Source of the DNA: Deltaproteobacteria bacterium
GTDB taxonomy: Bacteria; Myxococcota; Kuafuiibacteriia; Kuafuiibacteriales; Kuafuiibacteriaceae
DNA: 64,000 nucleotides
Reading direction: 5' to 3'
NCBI GenBank assembly: GCA_040218735.1
Contig: JAVJQW010000043.1
Location: 160,001-224,000 of the forward strand
Under the pieces are notes generated by a model, which made no database searches, was not told the DNA's origin, and saw nothing but the letters and a program-made list of their open reading frames with translations. Each line of letters starts with the position of its first letter. Position 1 is the stretch's first letter. This document shows positions 25,075 to 33,519 of this stretch, in pieces. Position numbers and translations under genes: made by a program.

Positions 25075-26331
25075 GGAGCCTCCCCACTCGACCGCGGGGT
25101 CGTAGTCGGGATCCAGCGGCTCCTGCGCCGGCCGAAGCTCCTCCGGGACGTGCTGCAGGTTGATCCGGATCCGGTACCAGACCGTGTGCCGACCCCGATT
25201 CTTGTCGACGAGGATGTCGCGCGGTTGGAGGTGCTCGACCACGTCGGCGTGCCGCGCCTTCCATCGCTCCAGCCCGGCCATCGCGTCGTCCTTCTGTTTG
25301 GCGCGACCGATCTCGATGAGCGGCATGCTCGATCGGCGACGCTTCGACGGCTGCACCCTCGGGGGCTCGTCGCCGCCCTTCGGATAGTGCGGCGGCCACG
25401 GTGCGTCCGTAGCGCCGTCGAGCGCTTGTTCGCTCACGAGCTCGAGCGCCTTGTCCAGGCGGCCGAGCTCGGCGCGCATGTCGCGGTGGACGTTGCCGAC
25501 GTCGCGGATGCGGTCGGGAGCGGTGCGAATCGTGAACGCCTCGGGCTCGTACTCCGCGACCTCTTCCCAGGTGAGTGGCATCGACACCCGCGCGTCCGGG
25601 AGCGGTCGCACCGAGAGCGCGCCGGCGGTCGTCCGGTCCTTGGCGTTCTGGTTGTAGTCGAGGAAGACGCCGTGCCGCTCTTCCTTCCACCAACGGCTCG
25701 TCGCGATCTTCGGCGCGCGGCGCTCGACGTCCCGCGCGATCGCGAGCGCCGACTGCCGCACCTCGTCGAACGTCCACTCGGGGTGAATCGCGACGTTGAT
25801 GTGCATCCCGCGTGAGCCCGAGGTCTTCGGCCACCCGACGAGGCCGAGATCCGCGAGCGCGTCCTTGGTGACGAACGCGACGTCGCGGACCTGCGCCCAC
25901 GACACGCCGGGGACCGGGTCGAGATCGATGCGCAGCTCGTCGGGGTGGTGGAGGTCCTCCTCCGAGACCGCGTGTACGTGCAGCTCGAGGCAACCGAGGT
26001 TGGCGCACCACAGCAGCTGCGCTGCGTCGTGCAGGACGACCTCTTCGGCGGTGCGTCCGGAGGGGAACTTCAGGACGACGGTGTCGATCCACTCCGGGCG
26101 CTTCTTGGGCGCGCGCTTTTGGTAGAACGCCTCCTCCTGCGTTCCGTTCACGTAGCGCTTCAGAACGAGCGGACGGCCGGCCGACGTCTCGAGGGCGGCG
26201 TCGGCGACGGCGAGGAAGTATTGGATGACGTCCCACTTCGTGTAGCCGGCCTCGGGGAAGTAGATCTTGTCGGGGCTCGAGATCGAAACCTCGCGTCCCG
26301 CCACTTCGACCGGAATTCGTTTCTTCGGCAT
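25069..26331 (-). CDS. Standalone LigD-type primase-polymerase (Prim-PolC/PolD family) with C-terminal extension
   Basis: SSPDKIYFP, FYQKRAP, ELH, IDLDP, KTSGSRGMH, FLDYNQNAKDRT, SVRP, PPHYPK. Confidence 0.9.
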   Translation of the reverse strand: MPKKRIPVEVAGREVSISSPDKIYFPEAGYTKWDVIQYFLAVADAALETSAGRPLVLKRYVNGTQEEAFYQKRAPKKRPEWIDTVVLKFPSGRTAEEVVLHDAAQLLWCANLGCLELHVHAVSEEDLHHPDELRIDLDPVPGVSWAQVRDVAFVTKDALADLGLVGWPKTSGSRGMHINVAIHPEWTFDEVRQSALAIARDVERRAPKIATSRWWKEERHGVFLDYNQNAKDRTTAGALSVRPLPDARVSMPLTWEEVAEYEPEAFTIRTAPDRIRDVGNVHRDMRAELGRLDKALELVSEQALDGATDAPWPPHYPKGGDEPPRVQPSKRRRSSMPLIEIGRAKQKDDAMAGLERWKARHADVVEHLQPRDILVDKNRGRHTVWYRIRINLQHVPEELRPAQEPLDPDYDPAVEWGGSS

Positions 26332-26431
26332 CGCCGCGGTCATTGTGGCCGGACCCTCGAATTTTTGGCGACTTTCGGGCGAACGCGCCGCTCTCCTCGC
26401 GCCCGGCGGGGGTTTCGGATTTCCTTCAGGT

Positions 26432-26446
26432 CGGCACGCGGCTTGC
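26432..26446 (+). promoter_or_regulatory. Putative sigma54 -24/-12 promoter
   Basis: CGGCACG-CGGC-TTGC, 14 nt before ATG 26461. Confidence 0.6.
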
Positions 26447-26460
26447 GAAACCACCCGCCC

Positions 26461-27270
26461 ATGCGCACGCCACTGATCCTCGCCACCACCGTCCTGCTCG
26501 GTGCCCCCGCCTTCGACGCCTACGCGCTGAGCTGTTTCCCGTGCTCCGAAGTCCAGGCGCCGGCTTCATTCACGGCGCTCCCCGCCAACTTCGAGCTGCG
26601 CGTCCGCGACGTCGACACCGCGCGCCCCACGCTCGAGGGGCCTGGCGATCCCGAGCTGGCCTGCGAGCGCATCGACGATCTCGCGAACCTGTTGTCATGC
26701 CGCGCGACCACGGCGCTGACACCCGGTGCTACGTACACCCTCCGCGATCCCGGCGGCATCGTCGCGGCGCAGGACTTCACGGTCACCGCCGACGAGGACA
26801 ACGTGGCCCCGCCTGCGCCGACGATCGTCTCGATCACGCGCCGTGACCGCGACGATCAGCCGGAGATCGCGGCGGGTGCGCAGCAGGGGATCGACATCGC
26901 GCTGACGGCTTCGGAGCCGACGGACTCGATGTCGATCGAAGTGCAGCTCGCCCCTAACGCGGGGCTGCAGGTCCAGCGCGTCGCGGCGACGGGCGGCACG
27001 GACCCGAACGGTGTCCTTCGAGCGTTCGTCGGTACGACGTTCTGCCAGTGCACCGGCCAGCTCGGGGCCGAGGTCTTTGCGTACGATCTCCAGGTTCGCG
27101 TCCGCCTCGTCGACGCGGCCGGCAACCGCGGTCCGTGGTCGGACACGATCGTCCCCGAGCCGGATCCGGAGGCGAGCGGTTGCACCTGCGCGACGCTCCC
27201 CACGCAGGTGCCGTGGGCCGCGTTCGCGGGGCTGCTCCTCGCCGCGTACGCCGTCGCGCGGCGGCGTTAG
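26461..27270 (+). CDS. Exported protein with MYXO-CTERM-type sorting tail
   Basis: Signal peptide; Ig/Fn3-like end VRVRLVDAAGNRGPWS; tail SGCTC...WAAFAGLLLAAYAVARRR. Confidence 0.8.
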   Translation: MRTPLILATTVLLGAPAFDAYALSCFPCSEVQAPASFTALPANFELRVRDVDTARPTLEGPGDPELACERIDDLANLLSCRATTALTPGATYTLRDPGGIVAAQDFTVTADEDNVAPPAPTIVSITRRDRDDQPEIAAGAQQGIDIALTASEPTDSMSIEVQLAPNAGLQVQRVAATGGTDPNGVLRAFVGTTFCQCTGQLGAEVFAYDLQVRVRLVDAAGNRGPWSDTIVPEPDPEASGCTCATLPTQVPWAAFAGLLLAAYAVARRR

Positions 27271-27686
27271 CTCGCTTCGGCGCGTTCCTTGAGCCCGTTG
27301 ACGAACGCCTCGAAGGCTTCCGTCATGTCCGGGATCGAGCCTTTGATCATGCCGAGCATGAGGCCGCTGAACGCTTCGTGGAGAACGAACTCGGTCTGCT
27401 CGCCGCGCGATGTGAGGGAGAAGGTTCGCACGCCCTTGAAGAGCCCGAACGGCATCCCGCCGGACCACGTCATCTTCTCGTTCTCGACCAGCTCGGTGAC
27501 CTTCAAACCAAACGCCCGTCCCGGGCTGAGCTTCGAGTAAGCCTTGAGTTTGTTACCCAGCCCGACCTGACCCTCGATCCGATCGCAGTAAGGATCCCAC
27601 TCGGGCCAGTCCTCCGTCTTCGTCACGATGCGCCACACCGTGTCGGCGGGCGCGGCGATCGTTGCTTGGGCTCGAAACTCCATCAT
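27267..27686 (-). CDS. SRPBCC (polyketide cyclase/dehydrase-like) protein
   Basis: IAAPADTVWRIVT...WPEWDP, WSGGMPFGLFKGVRTF, GLKERAE. Confidence 0.85.
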   Translation of the reverse strand: MMEFRAQATIAAPADTVWRIVTKTEDWPEWDPYCDRIEGQVGLGNKLKAYSKLSPGRAFGLKVTELVENEKMTWSGGMPFGLFKGVRTFSLTSRGEQTEFVLHEAFSGLMLGMIKGSIPDMTEAFEAFVNGLKERAEAS

Positions 27687-28114
27687 CGACTCCTGACGTA
27701 ATCGGCGAACGCGGGGAGCACGAGGCCCCAGCCGCGTTCGAAGAGGGCCACGCGCTCCGGCCACTGATCGCCCATCGCGGCGGCGGCTTCGGCGTGAACG
27801 ATCTCGACGACGGTGGCGTCGCCGTCTGCGAGGAACTGGACGTCGACCTCCGTCGGTTCGGTGAGCGCGCCCGGGTACCACGTGTACGTGAGGCGGTGCG
27901 GCGGCTCCCAGCGGACGATCTCGCCGAAGAGCTTCTCGCCGCCGTCGCCGCGCTTCGCGACGAAGCGCCCGCCGACGCCGGGCTCCATGACGAGGTGCGC
28001 CCCTTCGGCTTTGTGGCTCGGCGGCCACCACAGATCGATGCGCGCGGTGAAGGTCTCGAAGGCGTGCTCGACGTCGCAGGCGACGGTGACCGAGCGGCGA
28101 AGTGGAGCATTCAT
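27683..28114 (-). CDS. SRPBCC/AHSA1-like protein
   Basis: AFETFT.RIDLWWP, EPGVGGR, WEPPHRL, TEVDVQF, GWGLVL. Confidence 0.85.
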   Translation of the reverse strand: MNAPLRRSVTVACDVEHAFETFTARIDLWWPPSHKAEGAHLVMEPGVGGRFVAKRGDGGEKLFGEIVRWEPPHRLTYTWYPGALTEPTEVDVQFLADGDATVVEIVHAEAAAAMGDQWPERVALFERGWGLVLPAFADYVRSR

Positions 28115-28437
28115 CGCTTGGACTTCTTTCGTTTGGGGGTCGTGTTCTCGGCGAGGAGCTTGAAGCGGAACAGCGCCTCGTCCCAGAAGGTGTCGAGCCA
28201 CGTGCGGGCCTCCGCGAACCCCGTGCGATCGATCGAGAAAATGTTCCGCGTCCCGTCCGCCTCGTGGGTGACGAGGCGTGCCTCGGTCAGGATGCGAAGG
28301 TGCTTCGACACCGCCGGCCGGCTGATCTCGAACTCCTCGGCGATCTGCTGAACGGAGCGGGGCCCTTCGCCCAGGATGCGGACGATCTCCCGGCGGACGG
28401 GGTTCCCAAGGGCGTCGAAGGCGGCGTCGGCGGACAT
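28111..28437 (-). CDS. ArsR/SmtB-family regulator
   Basis: FDALGNPVRREI, ISRPAVSKHLRIL, WLDTFWDEAL.RFK. Confidence 0.92.
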   Translation of the reverse strand: MSADAAFDALGNPVRREIVRILGEGPRSVQQIAEEFEISRPAVSKHLRILTEARLVTHEADGTRNIFSIDRTGFAEARTWLDTFWDEALFRFKLLAENTTPKRKKSKR

Positions 28438-28441
28438 GGAT

Positions 28442-28459
28442 CGTAACTCCTTGGTTACG
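28442..28459. promoter_or_regulatory. Inverted repeat, probable ArsR operator
   Basis: CGTAAC-TCCTTG-GTTACG just upstream of the arsR ATG, with further GTAAC half-sites up to about 28475. Confidence 0.65.
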
Positions 28460-28517
28460 TAACTTCGAGGTAACCGAACGCGGTGCCGAACGTCAACACC
28501 TGTGGGATGATGGCGGC

Positions 28518-29450
28518 GTGATACGCGCGCTCCTCGTCGTGCTGCTCCTGGTCCCCGCGGCGGCCTACGGCGCCGAGCCGGTCCTGACGTACCTCCGCCC
28601 GGCCGGCAAGGGCTGTGTCTGGATGCGGTACGTCGGGCCGAAGACTCAGGTGCAGCTCGCTCGGGTCGAAGCGCCGTGCGGAGGCGCGCGCTACGCTTGG
28701 TCTCGAGACGGAAAGCAGGGCGCGTTCCTCTCGGGCGACGGCAAGGTCCTCGGTCACGTCGTGTTCGCGAAGCCGGGTGTGAAGCTGCGCGCCGTCCCCG
28801 GACGAGGTCGTGTTCGCGACGTCGGGTTCGAGGGCTCGAGCCTCGTCGCGCTCGTGATGAACCTCGAGGATCACGGCGTCCGCGTCGTGCGCACGAAGGA
28901 GGGCGTCACGCTGGAGCGCGACGGGCAGAAGTACGAGGCGCCCGTCGACGGTGATCCGGGGCTCGCCGAGGCGTTTCGCTGGACGGAGGGCGCGTGGAAG
29001 CGCGTGGAGATCACGCCGAGCACGTGGGGTTGGGATCTCGCGGCGGGCGTCGATGCGCTGGAGATCGGGCAGCGCCTCGGGCCCCGATCTTCGGTATTCA
29101 ACGGTCCGACGAACGGATTCGACGTGATGGACGAGGCGCCGAAGATCGTCGAGGGGATGAAGCCGCCGACGGACGAGCCCGGTCACTGGGCCCGTGTCGG
29201 CGCCGCGTACGTCTGGGCGGAGGACGCCGAGTTTCCGATCCCCGTGGCGCCGCTGTTCGTGGACCGAGGCGGCGCTTTGGAGCCGCTCCGTCTGCGCGGC
29301 GTGAAGGACGGCGAGCCGTTGTCGTTCGACGTCCGCGGTCGTCGGATCCTCGCGCGCAGCGGCGACGGCGTGGCGCACTTCGTCGACCTGTCCGACGCGA
29401 AGTCTGCGTCTTCGATCCCGGGCGCCGTTTCACCGTCGCTGTGGCGTTGA
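28518..29450 (+). CDS. Hypothetical exported beta-rich protein
   Basis: Signal peptide MIRALLVVLLLVPAAAYG; YAWSRDGK beta-propeller-like motif. Confidence 0.65.
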   Translation: MIRALLVVLLLVPAAAYGAEPVLTYLRPAGKGCVWMRYVGPKTQVQLARVEAPCGGARYAWSRDGKQGAFLSGDGKVLGHVVFAKPGVKLRAVPGRGRVRDVGFEGSSLVALVMNLEDHGVRVVRTKEGVTLERDGQKYEAPVDGDPGLAEAFRWTEGAWKRVEITPSTWGWDLAAGVDALEIGQRLGPRSSVFNGPTNGFDVMDEAPKIVEGMKPPTDEPGHWARVGAAYVWAEDAEFPIPVAPLFVDRGGALEPLRLRGVKDGEPLSFDVRGRRILARSGDGVAHFVDLSDAKSASSIPGAVSPSLWR

Positions 29451-29451
29451 T

Positions 29452-30228
29452 CTACTGAAGCGAACGACGCCGGGGGAGCAGCGCGCGCCAGCCGGCGCGT
29501 TCGTAGTCGACCAGGCGGCCGGAGAGCCAGAAGGTCCCCTGAAGGACGTCGCCGCCGCGCGGCGGACGCTCGATCAGCTCGGGGTCGATCAACACGTCGA
29601 GCTGCGCCGCGTAGGTCTCGAGCTCCGCCCAGTAGAACGGGAGACCGCTGTGGCGGTTCGTGCGGCAGCCCGCGCGCACGACGTGCCCGGTGCAAAGCCC
29701 CATCGCCTCGCGGTCCTCTTCGAACAGGCCCGTCGGGATGAAGCTCTGGCTCGCGAACGGGTGCTCCCGCGTCTGGGCGGCTTCGTAGGCCTCGACGGAG
29801 TCGAAGAGGGCGAGCTCGTGAGCGAACGCCGCGACCTGGACCTGCGCGACGCTCGGCAGCCGCACGCCGGGGTGCGTGCCGAAGTCCGGCGCGTCGAACA
29901 TGAATGGGTAGGCACCCCGCTCGGCGTCGTCGTCCGACGGAGACGCCCAGCCGTGGAAGGCGCCGTCGAGCGCATCGCGCGCGACGCGCTCGGTCAGGCC
30001 GACGCGGAGGCGCGACGAGCCTTCGAAGTGGGGTTGTACACCGACGATGTCGCCGTGGTTGTCGACCTGCATCCAGACCTGTGCGCCCGAGTCGTCCTGC
30101 CAGAGCAGGTAGCGCCCGTGGCGCCCGGCCGAGTGGACGGTCGCGGTAGGGAGGAGACGGTCGACCAGCGCCTCGAGGTGCTCGGCGGAGTCGACGGGGA
30201 GACCGATGGTGGAGAAGTGACTGGCCAT
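29452..30228 (-). CDS. Conserved-looking hypothetical protein (possibly DUF3881-like)
   Basis: Natural composition from MASHFSTIG; ends GDVLQGTFWLSGRL. Family guess is weak. Confidence 0.65.
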   Translation of the reverse strand: MASHFSTIGLPVDSAEHLEALVDRLLPTATVHSAGRHGRYLLWQDDSGAQVWMQVDNHGDIVGVQPHFEGSSRLRVGLTERVARDALDGAFHGWASPSDDDAERGAYPFMFDAPDFGTHPGVRLPSVAQVQVAAFAHELALFDSVEAYEAAQTREHPFASQSFIPTGLFEEDREAMGLCTGHVVRAGCRTNRHSGLPFYWAELETYAAQLDVLIDPELIERPPRGGDVLQGTFWLSGRLVDYERAGWRALLPRRRSLQ

Positions 30229-30242
30229 GGTCCGCCCCAAAA

Positions 30243-30257
30243 GCACGGGGCGTGCCA
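30243..30257 (-). promoter_or_regulatory. Putative sigma54 -24/-12 promoter
   Basis: Minus strand TGGCACG-CCCC-GTGC, 14 nt before ATG 30228. Confidence 0.5.
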
Positions 30258-30333
30258 GACGGTGTCTTCGGTCGGGTCCGACGCTCCCTTGGGAGCAACT
30301 TATCTCATCGTCTAAGCCGCTGCGCGCATAGGC

Positions 30334-31857
30334 TCAGGTGAACAGCTCGGGGATGTTGCCGCTCACCTCGCCGAGGGAGTCTCCAGCGTAGCCGGCGCCC
30401 TGCATCGCGGAGATCAGCGCTTGGGCGGGGTGGGCGCCCGCGCCGTCGACGTGTTGCCCGGGGGAGAGGCCGCCGGCGCGCCCGGCGACGAGCACGACCA
30501 TGTTCTCGGTCGAGTGCGTCTGGTTCTCCGTGCTGCCGTCGTTGAGCTGGCGTCCGTGGCCGCCTTCGGGGAGGAACACGATCGCGCTGTTGTCGAGCAC
30601 GGTGCCCGCCCCCTCCTGCGTGGAGGCGAGGCGCTCGAGGAGGTACGCGTAGTGTGAGACGTGCCACTGGAGCACGGTGCTCACCGCGAGCTGACCGCGG
30701 TTGTTGGCGTCGCCGTTGTGCCCGACCTCGTGTTGGTCCGACAGGATCGGCCGCCCCATCATCGTCGTGATCGGGTGGACGTTCATGTGCGACTGGAACA
30801 CGGTGATCTGAAGCGTCGCGACGCGCGTGAGATCGCAGACGAACGCCATGTGGATCAGATCGCACATCAGGCGCGTGCGCTCGTGTTCGTTGCTGTAGCC
30901 GGTGTTGGTCGCGATGTCGCCGGAGCCTGAGCCCGCGTTGTTGCCGCCGATCGCCGGATCCGCGCCCGGGTCTTCGAGCGCCTGACAGGCGCCCGCGTCG
31001 ATCGGGGGCATCATCGCGACCCGCTGTTCGAGCGCACGAATCTCGTCGAAGTGCTGCTCGAGGCGAATGCGATCCGCGGCGCCGACCTGCGCGAGGAGCC
31101 GCTGCCGCTTCGACGACACGAGGTCGAGCACGGACCGCCGCGCGCGGCGTTCGAAGTCGAAGCGCGCCGCCGCCTCGGAGCCCTCCGGGACGAAGCCGCC
31201 GAACAGTGAAGTGAACGCGATCTGCGGGCTCGTCTGCGCTTCGATCCGATCGTTCGCCGCGCGGTACGACAGGTACTGCCGGCCCGCGTAGCTGCTCCCG
31301 GCGAGGTACCAGGACGGCTGCGCGCGGAGCACGAGGGCGTCGATCGTCGCCTGGTTCGCGTTGAGGTTCGCGATCACTTGGTCGGAGGAGATCCCGTTCG
31401 CCCGGAACGAGCCGGACGTCGACCGCATCCCGCTGAGCAACGGACTGCACCCACCGCCGTGGAAGTCACGGAACGCGCCGCCCGGCGGGACGTTGTTCGG
31501 ATCCGTCGAGTTGGGGTCGTACGGGATGCGGAGGTTGGAGACGATGCTGTACTGCTCGCGGACCGTGTCGAGCGGCGTGAGCGGCGTCGTCGAGACGAAG
31601 TCACGCCCCGTCGCTGCGGGTGCGATGAAGTGCCCCTCTTCGGTGAAGTTACGACCGTCGATGCGGTTCTCGTTCTTCGCCCAGTGGTCACCGCCGATCG
31701 ACTGGCCCGCGAACACGATCGCGTAGCGTCGCGGCGCCGTGCCCGCTTGCGCGTACGCGGTGCCGTTGGTGTTCAGCATGCACTCCAGCACCGGGAGCCC
31801 GACGGCCGCGCCCGCGGCGCCGCGGAGGAAGGTGCGACGTTTCATCGAGGTGCTCAT
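30334..31857 (-). CDS. DUF1552-family Tat-exported protein
   Basis: Twin-arginine KRRTFLRGAAG..VGLPVLE; SSDQVIA; RLEQHFDEIRALE; AFVCDLTRVAT; TVLDNS. Confidence 0.88.
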   Translation of the reverse strand: MSTSMKRRTFLRGAAGAAVGLPVLECMLNTNGTAYAQAGTAPRRYAIVFAGQSIGGDHWAKNENRIDGRNFTEEGHFIAPAATGRDFVSTTPLTPLDTVREQYSIVSNLRIPYDPNSTDPNNVPPGGAFRDFHGGGCSPLLSGMRSTSGSFRANGISSDQVIANLNANQATIDALVLRAQPSWYLAGSSYAGRQYLSYRAANDRIEAQTSPQIAFTSLFGGFVPEGSEAAARFDFERRARRSVLDLVSSKRQRLLAQVGAADRIRLEQHFDEIRALEQRVAMMPPIDAGACQALEDPGADPAIGGNNAGSGSGDIATNTGYSNEHERTRLMCDLIHMAFVCDLTRVATLQITVFQSHMNVHPITTMMGRPILSDQHEVGHNGDANNRGQLAVSTVLQWHVSHYAYLLERLASTQEGAGTVLDNSAIVFLPEGGHGRQLNDGSTENQTHSTENMVVLVAGRAGGLSPGQHVDGAGAHPAQALISAMQGAGYAGDSLGEVSGNIPELFT

Positions 31858-33455
31858 GGCGTCGGCTCCAATCGAAGCGCGAAGGCGTCGCTCGCGATGT
31901 GCTCGAGGAGCAGGGTGTCGAAGCGGCCGTGCTCGAGGAACGACGTGGTCAGCTTCGAGATGGCTTCGAATTCCACTGGCTTCAGCGGACGACCCACGGC
32001 GTACGTGAAGACCTGCTGCGCCGTGCAGTTCTGAATTTCACCCGAGTCCGTGAGGAGACGCGCGAGCTCTCGCGGCCCCGAGAAGGTAGCGCCGCCGGGG
32101 AGGTTTCCGACGCCCTCGATCGTGCACTCCTCGCGCCCGTCGTCGTGCGTTCGGTACTGGCCGGCGATGTCGTAACGCTCCAGTCCGAAGCCGATCGGGT
32201 CCATCTGCGAGTGGCAGCCCACACAACCGCTCGCACCCATGTGCGCCAGGTAACGCTCCGTCTTGCAGTCGTCCGGGTCTCCCTCCGGCGGTTGATCCAC
32301 GTCGACGTTCGCGGGCGGCGAATCGATGACGTCACACATCAAGCGGTTCCGAACGAAAATCCCTCGCTGCGTGGGGCTCGTGTCGGTGAATTTCGAAAAG
32401 GCCGCGAGCACTGCGCCGTGCGACAGGATCCCCGCGCGGTCCTCGTCGTACGCGACCCAGCCCGAACCGTCCGCCGGACGCTCGAGGCCGTAGTGATCCG
32501 CGAGCATGTCGTCGACGAACGTCTCCTGCAGCAGGAACAGGTCCGAGTACGGGCGCTGCTCTTCGAAGACCACGCGATCGATCAGCGCGTTGGTCTCGTC
32601 GTTGAAGCGCCCCGCCAGCTCGGCGCCGTGCGGGATCGTTCGGTACCCGAGCCACATCGCGTGGAAGCGATAGAGGTGCCGCTTCGCCCGGGCGTCGCCG
32701 AGCATCCGCTCCGCCGCCGCCCGGCGCCCCGCGGCGTCGTCGAGGCGCCCCGCCGCCGCGTCGTCGAGCAGCGTGTCGTCCGGCATCGATCCCCACAGGA
32801 AGTACGACAGGCGGGACGCGACCTCGTACCCGTTCAAGCGCCGCGCCCCGTTGGCCTCCTCCGCGCCGACTTCGATGCGGTACAAAAACTCCGGGTCCTG
32901 CAGCACCGCGCGGATCACGAGGCCGACCGCGGTGTAGAAGTCGTTGTCGACACCCTCCACCTGCTCGGTCGCGTAAGGGAGCAGCGCTACGTAAGGCTCG
33001 ACGTCCGCGTCGGTGATCGCGCGGCGGAACGCACGCCGCAGGAACCGACGTGTGAACGCGCGGAAGCAGTCTTCGTCGCCGTCGTTCTCCGGCGTGCAGC
33101 CGACGACCGTGTCGCGCCGCGCCGAGTCCTCGACGAGTCGATCCGCGACGTCCCCGGCGAGGACCTCCAACCCGTCGATCAGCGCCATCGACGCCTGCTG
33201 CAGGGTGTAGTCGTTGTCGTACGGGCTGAACTCGTCCTCCGACAGGTAGCGGACCGCCGGTCCGGACGTGTCGAGGAGGAGGTCCGCGAGCGTCGCGTCG
33301 AGCTCCGCTTGCGAGAGGCGTCGCGCGACCGATTCGGAGGCCACGTAGTTCGAAACGGTCGGCGGTGGCGGCGGGTTCTGCGCGGGAGGGTCACCGACCT
33401 GTCCTTTGCAGCCCACGACCAGCGCGAGCCCGAAGAGCCCGGTCAGCGCACGCAC
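31854..33455 (-). CDS. DUF1592/DUF1588/DUF1595-family lipoprotein with CxxCH
   Basis: Lipobox VVGC; ARRLS, RRAFRR, PEFLYRIE, YEVASRLSYFLWGSMPD, TSPTQRG, CVGCH...DPIGFGLERYD. GTG start at 33455. Confidence 0.88.
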   Translation of the reverse strand: MRALTGLFGLALVVGCKGQVGDPPAQNPPPPPTVSNYVASESVARRLSQAELDATLADLLLDTSGPAVRYLSEDEFSPYDNDYTLQQASMALIDGLEVLAGDVADRLVEDSARRDTVVGCTPENDGDEDCFRAFTRRFLRRAFRRAITDADVEPYVALLPYATEQVEGVDNDFYTAVGLVIRAVLQDPEFLYRIEVGAEEANGARRLNGYEVASRLSYFLWGSMPDDTLLDDAAAGRLDDAAGRRAAAERMLGDARAKRHLYRFHAMWLGYRTIPHGAELAGRFNDETNALIDRVVFEEQRPYSDLFLLQETFVDDMLADHYGLERPADGSGWVAYDEDRAGILSHGAVLAAFSKFTDTSPTQRGIFVRNRLMCDVIDSPPANVDVDQPPEGDPDDCKTERYLAHMGASGCVGCHSQMDPIGFGLERYDIAGQYRTHDDGREECTIEGVGNLPGGATFSGPRELARLLTDSGEIQNCTAQQVFTYAVGRPLKPVEFEAISKLTTSFLEHGRFDTLLLEHIASDAFALRLEPTP

Positions 33456-33519
33456 CCCTTCAGGGTAGTGGATCCGGCGGCGCGCTGTCGCCTGGGGGCT
33501 CGTCACCCCACGATTGCAG

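Noticed and set aside
23998-26331. Classical NHEJ (Ku-LigD) locus
   Set aside because: No Ku gene and no phosphoesterase domain; the ligase is LigC-type.
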